Origin: Fidelibacterota bacterium
Lineage (GTDB): Bacteria > Fidelibacterota > Marinisomatia > Marinisomatales > S15-B10
DNA length: 64,000 bases
NCBI GenBank assembly: GCA_036338335.1
Contig: JAYZCL010000025.1
Coordinates: 4,681 to 68,680, forward strand
Reading direction: 5' to 3'
Part shown: positions 50,328 to 58,677 of the stretch, in pieces
Layout of the letters: the number at the start of each line of letters is the position of its first letter
Numbering within the stretch: the stretch's first letter is position 1
The notes under the pieces: generated by a model
Told to the model about the DNA's origin: nothing
The model's database searches: none
Seen by the model: the letters and a program-made list of their open reading frames with translations, nothing else
Translations under genes and position numbers: made by a program

Positions 50328-51602
50328 TTGGACAAAAGATCGGTTTTTAGTTGGGCATTTTACGACTGGGCAAATTCGGCATTTGCTACAACGGTCATGG
50401 CTGGCTTCTTTCCGCTTTTTTTCAACGCCTACTGGGCTGACCCAAACAATCCCACCCACAGTACGTTTTATCTTGGTTTGGCGAATTCAGTGGCATCCAT
50501 TGTTGTTGCTATGATGGCACCGTTTCTCGGCGCCATTGCCGATCGTGGTTCGGCGAAGAAGAAGTTTCTGATTTTCTTTGCTTTTGTTGGAGTGACACTT
50601 ACCATCGCACTGTGGCTGGTCGGTCAGGGGGCGTGGCAGTTTGCAGTTATCCTTTACGTTGGCGCAACGATCGGCTTCTCCGGCGGGAATGTTTTCTACG
50701 ACTCCTTGCTGGTGAGCGTTGCACCGAGAGAAAAGCAAAATTATGTTTCATCGCTTGGGTTCGGGTTCGGTTATCTCGGAGGAGGCATCCTTTTTGCGTT
50801 AAATGTGGTGATGTTCTTGAAGCCCGCCCTATTCGGTATTCCTGATCAAGCAACAGCTGTAAAACTCAGTTTCGTTACTGTTGGAATATGGTGGGCGCTC
50901 TTCACCGTCCCGCTCTGGATGTACGTTAAAGAACCAAAGATTTATGACCCCGTTCCCATCGGGAGAGCAGTGGTGCTGGGATGGCGGCAGTTGGTGGATA
51001 CTTTCAACAAACTCAATCAACTGAAAGTGGTAGGACTGTTCCTAGTGGCTTACTGGTTTTACATTGATGGTGTGGATACCATTGTTAAGATGGCTGTCGA
51101 TTATGGCATGAATCTCGGCTTCAGCAGCAGTACGCTTATGACAGCACTCCTCATGGTCCAGTTCATCGCTTTTCCTGCTGCCCTTGCATACAACTGGATT
51201 GCTTCAAAGATTGGTACAAAACAGGCGGTCATGTCCGCTATAGTGGCCTATGGGATCATCACACTTCTTGGTTATTTCATGCAGAAAGAATCCGATTTTT
51301 ATATCCTTGCGGTTCTCGTTGCTCTGTTTCAGGGGGGGGTCCAGGCCCTGAGCAGAAGTCTCTACAGTAAGATTATTCCCGAGCGTCACGCCGCCGAATT
51401 CTTTGGATTCTATAATATGCTCGGGAAATTCGCCGCTGTATTGGGTCCGATGCTCATGGGTACTGTCACACTTGTAACCGGGAGTGGCCGAATCGGAATA
51501 TTGTCGATTCTGATTCTATTCATCATCGGAGGATTTCTTCTATCTCGTGTTGACTTTAGGAAGGGAGAGCTGTTGGCAAATGCTTATGATGCCGCGGTCT
51601 AG
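50328..51602 (+). CDS. MFS transporter, UMF1/Atg22-like
   Basis: SWAFYDWANSAFATTVMAGFFPLFF is typical of the UMF1 family. 12 TM segments. TTG 50328 follows an AAAGG SD. Confidence 0.8.
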   Translation: MDKRSVFSWAFYDWANSAFATTVMAGFFPLFFNAYWADPNNPTHSTFYLGLANSVASIVVAMMAPFLGAIADRGSAKKKFLIFFAFVGVTLTIALWLVGQGAWQFAVILYVGATIGFSGGNVFYDSLLVSVAPREKQNYVSSLGFGFGYLGGGILFALNVVMFLKPALFGIPDQATAVKLSFVTVGIWWALFTVPLWMYVKEPKIYDPVPIGRAVVLGWRQLVDTFNKLNQLKVVGLFLVAYWFYIDGVDTIVKMAVDYGMNLGFSSSTLMTALLMVQFIAFPAALAYNWIASKIGTKQAVMSAIVAYGIITLLGYFMQKESDFYILAVLVALFQGGVQALSRSLYSKIIPERHAAEFFGFYNMLGKFAAVLGPMLMGTVTLVTGSGRIGILSILILFIIGGFLLSRVDFRKGELLANAYDAAV

Positions 51603-51611
51603 CAAATCCTA

Positions 51612-51640
51612 TTGACACTTAATGTATCCGGGGTTAGATT
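51612..51640 (+). promoter_or_regulatory. sigma70-like promoter (TTGACA-17 nt-TAGATT)
   Basis: Perfect -35 at 51612-51617 and a -10-like TAGATT at 51635-51640, about 40 nt upstream of the HMA gene. Confidence 0.4.
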
Positions 51641-51679
51641 AGCTGTAGAATCTTATTACTTACTTTAGGAGAAGAGATT

Positions 51680-52099
51680 ATGAAAAAGACTCCCTTAATT
51701 GCAATAGTCGCTGTTGCGTTGGTTATTCTTGTCGGCGGCAACTATGACGGAGCTGTTGAGACGGCATCGATTTCCATTGATGGTATGAGTTGCGGCAGTT
51801 GCACTAGCAAAGTTGAAACTGTCCTTTCAAAGCAGGCCGGTGTGAAAACTGTTTCTGTCGATTTGGATGCCAAACTTGCCACAGTGGAGTATTATCCCTC
51901 CAAAGTTGCCAAGGCTGAGCTGGTAACGACTGTGTCGAAAGCTGGTTTCACTGCGAGTGAAGCGGCGTGCGAATACAGTACCAAGAAGGCAAAAACGGCC
52001 GCCGCGGAAGGTGCTTCTTGCGACTACAGTGCTAAGAAAGCAAAAACGGCCGCAGAAGGCGCGTCTTGTAGCTCCAAAGCGAAAACAAAAGCAATATAA
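51680..52099 (+). CDS. exported/anchored heavy-metal-associated (HMA) domain protein with a Cys-containing repeat tail
   Basis: N-terminal hydrophobic anchor, HMA motif GMSCGSCTSKVE, and a C-terminal tandem C(E/D)YS(T/A)KKAKTAA(A)EGAS repeat. Confidence 0.8.
   Translation: MKKTPLIAIVAVALVILVGGNYDGAVETASISIDGMSCGSCTSKVETVLSKQAGVKTVSVDLDAKLATVEYYPSKVAKAELVTTVSKAGFTASEAACEYSTKKAKTAAAEGASCDYSAKKAKTAAEGASCSSKAKTKAI
51968..52090 (+). repeat. in-frame tandem repeat (51 nt, 48 nt and a partial unit) inside the HMA gene
   Basis: tgcgaatacagtaccaagaaggcaaaaacggccgcc... is followed by tgcgactacagtgctaagaaagcaaaaacggccgca... and then tgtagctccaaagcgaaaaca. Confidence 0.8.
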
Positions 52100-52127
52100 T
52101 CCCACTTATTTTCTCTTGAACAAAAAA

Positions 52128-52152
52128 GGCCGGCATTGCCGGCCTTTTTTTT
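52128..52152 (+). terminator. rho-independent terminator of the HMA gene
   Basis: GGCCGGC-att-GCCGGCC stem followed by 8 T; A-rich 5' flank, so it may work in both directions. Confidence 0.85.
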
Positions 52153-52167
52153 GTTTTGAAAATGAAG

Positions 52168-52197
52168 TTGACAGTAATTATTTCATTAAGGTAAACT
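52168..52197 (+). promoter_or_regulatory. sigma70-like promoter (TTGACA-18 nt-TAAACT)
   Basis: -35 at 52168-52173 and -10 at 52192-52197, between two terminators. Confidence 0.45.
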
Positions 52198-52202
52198 CTG
52201 CC

Positions 52203-52279
52203 AGAGTCCCGTGGGTATGGCGTGCTCTTCAGAGGAACTTACATTCCTCGAGGGTAGTCCCAGCGGGACTCTTTTTTTT
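52203..52279 (+). ncRNA. candidate structured small RNA or terminating 5' leader of about 77 nt
   Basis: Long-range stem AGAGTCCCG (52203-52211) with CGGGACTCT (52264-72). Internal hairpin GAGGAA-cttaca-TTCCTC (52232-52249). Alternative short hairpin AGTCCC-agc-GGGACT (52256-52270). Then 8 T (52272-52279). Confidence 0.35.
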
Positions 52280-52311
52280 CTTCGGATCAGTTCTTAAGAG
52301 GGAGACGACAA

Positions 52312-52710
52312 ATGGGACAGATTACAGCCCGGTTCAGCCAGTTGGTGATGCCCAACGATTTGAATAATATCGGAACTCTTTTTGGCGGAAAGATGGTGTC
52401 GTGGATGGATATTTCCGCTGCTAAGGCAGGCCAGCGGTTTCTTCAAAAAACGGAAGCGGCCGGTTGTGTCACGAAGGCGATAGATGAGGTGATCTTTTCA
52501 GAACCGGTCTTCGGTGGAGAATGGGTTAATTTCGAAGCTGCGGTACGATCGGCGGGGGAATCGTCCCTCACGGTGAGTGTACTAGCCAGGGCTGAAAACA
52601 ATAAGGGCGAAGCGCGGAACGTCTGTGAAGCGGTCTTTACTATGGTGGCGGTCAGGAAGGGGAACGACGGAAGGTGGGAGAAAGTAGCCCACGGGAAGTC
52701 GCTGGATTAG
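52312..52710 (+). CDS. hotdog-fold acyl-CoA thioesterase
   Basis: QLVMPNDLNNIGTLFGGKMVSWMD is typical of YciA/BFIT-type thioesterases. SD GGGAG lies upstream. Confidence 0.85.
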   Translation: MGQITARFSQLVMPNDLNNIGTLFGGKMVSWMDISAAKAGQRFLQKTEAAGCVTKAIDEVIFSEPVFGGEWVNFEAAVRSAGESSLTVSVLARAENNKGEARNVCEAVFTMVAVRKGNDGRWEKVAHGKSLD

Positions 52711-54011
52711 TCCGCCTTGGCGAAAGGCTCAGTAGGATATTGTGGGTTGGCACTATAGGATCTGTCCAGCAACTCTGCCAGGTGCAGCACCTCAACATTC
52801 AGATTACGCCGTTTGACTCCCCAGTTTAGCTGCATCTGACAGCCGGGATTGGCGGTCACCACAATGGCGGCACCAATCGTCTCAATATCATCCATCTTTG
52901 CATCTAAAAGTTTGAGCGACATTTCGGTTTCCGTGATGGAGTAACTGCCGGCACTGCCACAACATCTGTCCCCATCTTTGAGGGATACAAAATCGATTCC
53001 GGGAATCTTCTTCAATATCCCCTTAGGTTCGGCCGAAATTCCCTGACCGTGCAGAAGGTGACACGGTTCATCGTAGGCCACTACTCCGGCAGGGACGGCC
53101 TCCAGAGACTTAATTTCGATGGATGCCAGGAGCTCAGAGAGGTCCACAACCTGCGTTGAGACACCAGAGTCAAAGTAATTAAAGTAAAACTTTAAATGTG
53201 AGCCACATCCTGCAGAATTAATTACGATATAATCAGACTCCGTTTTGTTGAGAACGGCAATGTTCTGGTCGGCAAGATTCGCGGTCATTGTGCTCTCACC
53301 CGCGTGCGCATGAAGTGCTCCGCAGCAGGTTTGGTTGGCAGGTATGATGACGTCATAACCATTCCAGATAAGGAGCCGCACGGTGGCGGCGTGAACGTGG
53401 GGGAAAAGGTGATCCATGACGCATCCTGTAAACAGCAACACCGTTCCACGTTTTTTCCCCATTGCAGAATAGTAGGTATCCTGTGCTTCTCCAAATCGCC
53501 GGGGAGGTACCGGCATCAGCGAAGGCTGAAGTTTTCTCAATCTCTCCGGAATCAATAGACTGAATGGCGGGAGCATTGATAGTTTGTCCAATCGGAGCTT
53601 CTGTAAAAACCGGGTGAACCTGAACAGAAAAGAGAGCCACCTGTGTGAAGGTAGGACCGTTCCCAAGAGAAACCGATGCAATCGCCCTGTTTGTTTCGTC
53701 TCAGCCAGCGCTCCACGAGTGACCTCCATCAGATGGCCGAACTGCACACCCGAAGGACAGGCTGTTTCACAGGCCCGGCAGACTAGACACAGTTTCATGT
53801 GCTTTTCGAAAGCACTGTCCTGATTCGCCCGTCCTTCCAGCACCGATTGCATCAGATGGAGTCGTCCTCGGGGAGAATCCATCTCCATTCCGTTTGTCAT
53901 ATAGGTGGGACAAGCGGGGAGACAAAACCCGCAGTGGATGCACTCCCGGAGTAATCGCTTTTCTTCCGGGCCAAAAGCCTCTCTCAGCAAGGAAGCGTTT
54001 GAATCACTCAT
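52707..54011 (-). CDS. glcF: glycolate oxidase iron-sulfur subunit
   Basis: CIHCGFCLPACPTY and CLVCRACETACP ferredoxin motifs plus two CCG-type Cys-rich domains. Confidence 0.85.
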   Translation of the reverse strand: MSDSNASLLREAFGPEEKRLLRECIHCGFCLPACPTYMTNGMEMDSPRGRLHLMQSVLEGRANQDSAFEKHMKLCLVCRACETACPSGVQFGHLMEVTRGALAETKQTGRLHRFLLGTVLPSHRWLSFLFRFTRFLQKLRLDKLSMLPPFSLLIPERLRKLQPSLMPVPPRRFGEAQDTYYSAMGKKRGTVLLFTGCVMDHLFPHVHAATVRLLIWNGYDVIIPANQTCCGALHAHAGESTMTANLADQNIAVLNKTESDYIVINSAGCGSHLKFYFNYFDSGVSTQVVDLSELLASIEIKSLEAVPAGVVAYDEPCHLLHGQGISAEPKGILKKIPGIDFVSLKDGDRCCGSAGSYSITETEMSLKLLDAKMDDIETIGAAIVVTANPGCQMQLNWGVKRRNLNVEVLHLAELLDRSYSANPQYPTEPFAKAD

Positions 54012-55189
54012 CAGATACCCCCAACGAAAGTCCCGGGAGCGAAAATGTTGGATGGGTCTAGTGCAGTCTTCAGTTTCTTCATGAGCGGCATGGCCACTAC
54101 TTCAATGGGCCATCGTTCAAGGGGTGACGTGATCCCATCCCCCTCGAATTCGATCTCGCCACCGATTTTCACCGTTTCCTTGATAAGGAGAGAACGGTCC
54201 ATATCTTCCCGTACTTCGACGATGGTAACTCCCTTTGAGGGGAGAAGTTTTACCGAGATTTCCGGGTGGTGTTCATTCAGATGGGAGACAAGAGATTCAG
54301 CGCGGGATTTTGAATGAGAGATTTCCGCTTTGGCAAAGAGGGGTGGCGCCTCGTCGTTTCCGAAACCGGCCGTTTCCCAGTAGAAGGCGGCGTCTTCATC
54401 TCCGGCCTCATTCCACCGATTGGCTTTCGATTCTTGCAGCAGCATGGACAGCGTTTGAGCCTGAACTTCCACACTCTCTTCTGATCCCGCCAGTTCAATC
54501 AGGAGCCACCAATGCTTGGCTCTCGAGGCGGTCCATCGTCCCTTGGTGATGAGGAGTGCTTCCGGCTCCAAGGGAGCTCCGTGGATTGCGGTTGCGTTTT
54601 CGAAGGCTTCCTCGATGGTGGAGAAACAGGCACGGAAGGTGGTCCGAACTGATGGCAAAGGCGATAGTTTGAAGGAAATATCCGTAAGGATACCCAGCGT
54701 TCCCCGGGCGCCGATGTAAACCTTGTTGAGGTCATAACCGCTGACGTTTTTCACTACGTTGGCACCGGCCCGGACAATCTCCCCTTTGTCGTTAATCACT
54801 GTTGTGGCGATAACCCAGTCTCTTGCCGACCCGTAGCGATGTCGCCGCGGACCCCATCGGTCAGCAGAGATGACACCTCCCACCGTGGAGTTGCCCCGGT
54901 CGGGAGGATCGAGGGGGATCCACTGCCCGTTTTGGGAGAGTTCTTTCTGTGCTTCAGAAAAACGGATGCCTGCTGGCACTGTGGCTGTCATGTCTTCCGA
55001 CGTGTGGAGGAATCCTTCGGTAAGTCCTGTCAGGTCAACGGCGATATCAAACTCTTTTCCTGCTGTGAAGATGTGAGTGCCGCCGCCCAAGGCGAGGACA
55101 GACTTCTTCTGATCGGCGGCCTCGGTGATGATCTGAGCCAGTTCCTCGACCCTTTCGGGCTTGACCGTTTTATGGGCCGGTGTATTCAA
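54011..55189 (-). CDS. glcE: glycolate oxidase FAD-binding subunit
   Basis: FAD_binding_4-like N-terminus (ALGGGTH, VPAGIRFSE). Sits between the glcD-like and glcF-like genes, with a 1-nt overlap with glcF. Confidence 0.8.
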   Translation of the reverse strand: MNTPAHKTVKPERVEELAQIITEAADQKKSVLALGGGTHIFTAGKEFDIAVDLTGLTEGFLHTSEDMTATVPAGIRFSEAQKELSQNGQWIPLDPPDRGNSTVGGVISADRWGPRRHRYGSARDWVIATTVINDKGEIVRAGANVVKNVSGYDLNKVYIGARGTLGILTDISFKLSPLPSVRTTFRACFSTIEEAFENATAIHGAPLEPEALLITKGRWTASRAKHWWLLIELAGSEESVEVQAQTLSMLLQESKANRWNEAGDEDAAFYWETAGFGNDEAPPLFAKAEISHSKSRAESLVSHLNEHHPEISVKLLPSKGVTIVEVREDMDRSLLIKETVKIGGEIEFEGDGITSPLERWPIEVVAMPLMKKLKTALDPSNIFAPGTFVGGI

Positions 55190-55223
55190 TGGCGAATGTC
55201 AGTTACTGTTTGGTAAGAGCTCT

Positions 55224-56663
55224 TTAAAGCCATCCGCCGCCGGCCACCGTCTTCCTAATCCTCGATTCACCGCATTTGGCGCCGGTGGGAAATATCTTAC
55301 CCGGATTCAGTTTTCCGGAAGGATTGAAAGCCGATCGTACCGTCAGCATTTGAGCTTCATCCATCTCATTGAACATCACGCTGAAGGAAGACAGTTTTTC
55401 TGTTCCAATCCCGTGTTCTCCCGAAAGGGCGCCTCCTAGGTCAATACAACGCTGGAGAATCTCTTTAGAGGTTTCCATGGCGGCCTTTGTTTCTGTCTCG
55501 TCTTCATGGTTGTAGAGAATGATGGGATGGATATTCCCGTCTCCAGCGTGACAAAGGTGGGCGACTCTGAGGCCGTTGCGTTTTCCCGCCGCAAGGTCGA
55601 ATTCTAGGATCTCCGGGAGCTTGGAGCGGGGGACGACTCCATCGTTGGTATAGAATGCGGGCGTCACCTTTCCCAGAGCACCGATCGCTTCCTTGCGTCC
55701 ACGCCAGAGCTGCGCCCGTTCTTCTTCGCTTTTTGCTTCCTGAAAGTTGATCGCGCCGTGAGCAGTGCAGATATTTTTGATTTCGCCCGCCTGAGTGGAC
55801 AATGTTGAGACAAGCCCATCAATCTCAATCAGTAGAATGGCCGCTGCATCCAGAGGGAAACCTGCCTTAAGGTGACTTTCCACTGCCTGAATAACCAGGT
55901 TATCGATCAGTTCCAGTGCTGCGGGGACGATTCCAGCCGCGATAATGCTGGAAACGGAATTGCTAGCCTCTTCTACCGTATTAAAGGAGGCGAGGAATGT
56001 TTTGTGAGATTCGGGATTCTTGATCAACCTGACAATCACCTCGGTGGCGATACCGAGTGTTCCCTCTGAGCCAACGAAGAGTCCCACCAGATCGTAGCCA
56101 GATTTTGACTCATGCCGCCCCCCGATATTGACGATTTCACCATCGGGCATCACTACTGTCAAACCAAGAACATGATTTGTAGTGACGCCGTACTTCAGCG
56201 TGTGGGGCCCGCCGGCATTTTCCGCCACATTTCCGCCGATGGTACATGCCTTCTGGCTGGCGGGGTCGGGGGCGTAATGGTATCCATCAAAGCGAGTAGC
56301 TTCGGAAAGGTGCAGATTGATGACGCCCGGCTGAACTACCGCCACTTCATCGTCGTAGTTGACCTCGAGGATGTCAGCCATGCGGGACATCTGTATGATG
56401 ACGCCCCCTTGAGCAGCCACTGCGCCACCGCTCAAGCCCGTTCCGGAACCGCGGGCGAGGAATGGGGTCTCATATCTCTGACAGCATTTGACAATTTCAG
56501 ACACTTCTTCAGTGGATTCGGGAAGAACAACTGCGTCAGCACCGTGCTTGCTGAGGGTAAGGCCATCGCATTCGTAAACGAGCAGTTCGGTGGGGTGGGA
56601 TACGACCCGCTCCCGACCGAGAAGCGACTCGAGGTCCCTGATGAGTGATTTTTTAACTTCCAT
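55224..56663 (-). CDS. glcD: glycolate oxidase subunit GlcD (FAD-linked oxidase)
   Basis: ARGSGTGLSGGAV, GEHGIGTEK; 479 aa. Confidence 0.9.
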   Translation of the reverse strand: MEVKKSLIRDLESLLGRERVVSHPTELLVYECDGLTLSKHGADAVVLPESTEEVSEIVKCCQRYETPFLARGSGTGLSGGAVAAQGGVIIQMSRMADILEVNYDDEVAVVQPGVINLHLSEATRFDGYHYAPDPASQKACTIGGNVAENAGGPHTLKYGVTTNHVLGLTVVMPDGEIVNIGGRHESKSGYDLVGLFVGSEGTLGIATEVIVRLIKNPESHKTFLASFNTVEEASNSVSSIIAAGIVPAALELIDNLVIQAVESHLKAGFPLDAAAILLIEIDGLVSTLSTQAGEIKNICTAHGAINFQEAKSEEERAQLWRGRKEAIGALGKVTPAFYTNDGVVPRSKLPEILEFDLAAGKRNGLRVAHLCHAGDGNIHPIILYNHEDETETKAAMETSKEILQRCIDLGGALSGEHGIGTEKLSSFSVMFNEMDEAQMLTVRSAFNPSGKLNPGKIFPTGAKCGESRIRKTVAGGGWL

Positions 56664-56736
56664 ACGTCCCGCTGACCTCAGCTAACTGATGGCTGAAAAG
56701 TACAACCGCCGGTTAGGGGACGCAATCGGTAACGGC

Positions 56737-56928
56737 TCAGTTGTTCTTCAGATCACTCACTTCACACATGACGACTCCGCAGCTGCAGACAATTAGATCA
56801 CTTTCACGCATCCACGAATAATCTGTGTAATCGGCTGACCACGGTGTCTTGCAGGTACCGCATTTCAGGATCGTGAGATTAAAAAACGGCGTGTTTTCCT
56901 CTGTTCTATCAACGGTCATCAGTTCCAT
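56737..56928 (-). CDS. small Cys-rich hypothetical protein (63 aa)
   Basis: ATG 56928 is preceded by AGGAGA with 4-nt spacing. CGTC...CSC...C pattern. Lies 73 nt upstream of glcD on the same strand. Confidence 0.4.
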   Translation of the reverse strand: MELMTVDRTEENTPFFNLTILKCGTCKTPWSADYTDYSWMRESDLIVCSCGVVMCEVSDLKNN

Positions 56929-57098
56929 ACTTTCTCCTGTTTGTGTCATTTCTTCACGGTTGGCATACAAAAGGCGTACAAAGTTTAGTTATCGTCAATG
57001 AAATTGTCAAGAAGAAAAGCTAATCAGGGCGTTTAGATGTTCATGAAACGAGGGAACATCGGTAACTTCACACCAGAGATTTTATAGGAGAATGCCTG

Positions 57099-58580
57099 AT
57101 GGCGCAGCTGAAAAAGGTACAGATTTCATCCAAGGACTGGAGCACGAGCACTTTCGACGTCTTAGTCGTCACAGTTGGTAAAAGTGGAACTATGTCTGAA
57201 ATGGGAAAAACGATTGACAGGGAATTTGGCAAGATCATTTCGAAGGCGACTAAGGGTGGCGATTTTGAAGGAAAGTCGAACGAAACGCTCATGCTCTTCA
57301 CCGGCGGCTCACCAGCGAGACTGCTTCTTCTCGGAGTGGGAGAGCGGAAAAAACTGACACTCGAAAAAGTTCGCGAAGCCGGTGGTAGCATGATAAAGGC
57401 AGTTCAGTCTGCAGGCCACAAGACTGTTTCAGCGGAGGTGCCGGGGTTCCAGAAGCTAGGCGCTGCGGAAGCGACGCAAGCGTTTACCGAGGGGGCCGTT
57501 CTCGGCTCCTACAGATTCCTTGACTATAAGACGGAAGAGAAAGATACTAAGGCTGTAAAGTCCCTTTCAATTGTTGGTGGGGGAAGCAGTGCCGGCTTGC
57601 GGCGTGGCAAGGTGATCGCTGAAGCCGTCTGTTTGGCGAGAGATCTTGCTGCCCATCCTAGCAATGTGGCAACACCGAGCCGACTTGTCACGGAGGCGAG
57701 AAGAATTGCTCGCGCAGGAGGCATGTCATGCAAAGTATTTAACCGCAATCAGTTCACAAAGATGGGGATGGGAGCGTTTGCCTCGGTTGCCCGGGGCGCA
57801 GACGAGCCGCCAAAATTCATCCTCATGGAGTACAAAGGCGGGAAGAAAGGGGAAAAGCCGTTTGCTTTCGTTGGGAAAGGGATCACCTTCGACACCGGCG
57901 GTATCTCTATCAAACCGTCCGCCAAAATGGATGAGATGAAGTATGACATGTGCGGTGCGGCGACGGTTCTCGGTATCATGAAGGCGGTAGCCGGACTGAA
58001 GCCGAATCAGAATATTATGGCTGCCATCGCCGCTACTGAAAACATGCCCGGGGGCCGCGCCTCCAAGCCGGGGGATATTGTGAAAGCTTACAACGGCAAG
58101 ACTATAGAGATCCTTAACACCGATGCCGAAGGGCGTCTTGTCCTCGCCGATGCCCTATCATACCTTTCCAAACATCACAGCCCAGCTTACATGGTTAATT
58201 TTGCGACGCTTACTGGTGCTGTGATTGTGGCATTGGGGCATGTCGCCTCGGGCGTTATGGGAACTGATGAGAAACTGGTGAAGTCTATCATAAAGGCGGG
58301 AGAGGCGACAGGCGAACGGGCGTGGGAACTTCCACTATGGGATGACTACTGTAATGATGTGAAGAGCAAGATCGCCGATGTGAAAAACCTCGGTGCACCG
58401 GGTCAGGCCGGAACGATTGCCGGCGGCGCTTTTCTCAAAGCTTTCGCTGGTGAAATTCCGTGGGCCCATCTCGACATTGCCGGTACCGCATGGTGGGATA
58501 AGGAACGTCCCTATGTTCCGGCGGGACCGTCCGGCGTGGGTGTCAGATTGTCCCTGGAGCTTTTGAATATTCTCGGTTAG
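57099..58580 (+). CDS. pepA: leucyl aminopeptidase (M17)
   Basis: VGKGITFDTGGISIKP, NTDAEGRLVLADAL. Confidence 0.95.
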   Translation: MAQLKKVQISSKDWSTSTFDVLVVTVGKSGTMSEMGKTIDREFGKIISKATKGGDFEGKSNETLMLFTGGSPARLLLLGVGERKKLTLEKVREAGGSMIKAVQSAGHKTVSAEVPGFQKLGAAEATQAFTEGAVLGSYRFLDYKTEEKDTKAVKSLSIVGGGSSAGLRRGKVIAEAVCLARDLAAHPSNVATPSRLVTEARRIARAGGMSCKVFNRNQFTKMGMGAFASVARGADEPPKFILMEYKGGKKGEKPFAFVGKGITFDTGGISIKPSAKMDEMKYDMCGAATVLGIMKAVAGLKPNQNIMAAIAATENMPGGRASKPGDIVKAYNGKTIEILNTDAEGRLVLADALSYLSKHHSPAYMVNFATLTGAVIVALGHVASGVMGTDEKLVKSIIKAGEATGERAWELPLWDDYCNDVKSKIADVKNLGAPGQAGTIAGGAFLKAFAGEIPWAHLDIAGTAWWDKERPYVPAGPSGVGVRLSLELLNILG

Positions 58581-58603
58581 ACGGTAATTTCGCCGTCAGT
58601 TTT

Positions 58604-58677
58604 GGCGGAGTAGCTCAGCTGGTTAGAGCAGCGGAATCATAATCCGCGTGCCGGGGGTTCAAGTCCCTCCTCCGCTA
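58604..58677 (+). tRNA. tRNA with CAU anticodon (elongator Met, or Ile2 if lysidine-modified); CCA not encoded
   Basis: Cloverleaf read by hand. Acceptor GGCGGAG/CTCCGCT (G1-U72 wobble). D arm GCTC-AGCTGGTTA-GAGC. Anticodon arm GCGGA-ATCATAA-TCCGC. Variable loop GTGCC. T arm GGGGG-TTCAAGT-CCCTC. Discriminator A. Confidence 0.9.

Noticed and set aside
51957-52367. 136-aa + strand ORF spanning the HMA gene tail and the downstream intergenic region.
   Set aside because: It runs through two intrinsic terminators and a promoter, and it overlaps the better-supported HMA and thioesterase frames.
52707-52710. Convergent overlap of the thioesterase TAG and the glcF TAA (sequence TTAG).
   Set aside because: This is ordinary tail-to-tail packing with no regulatory implication that I can support.
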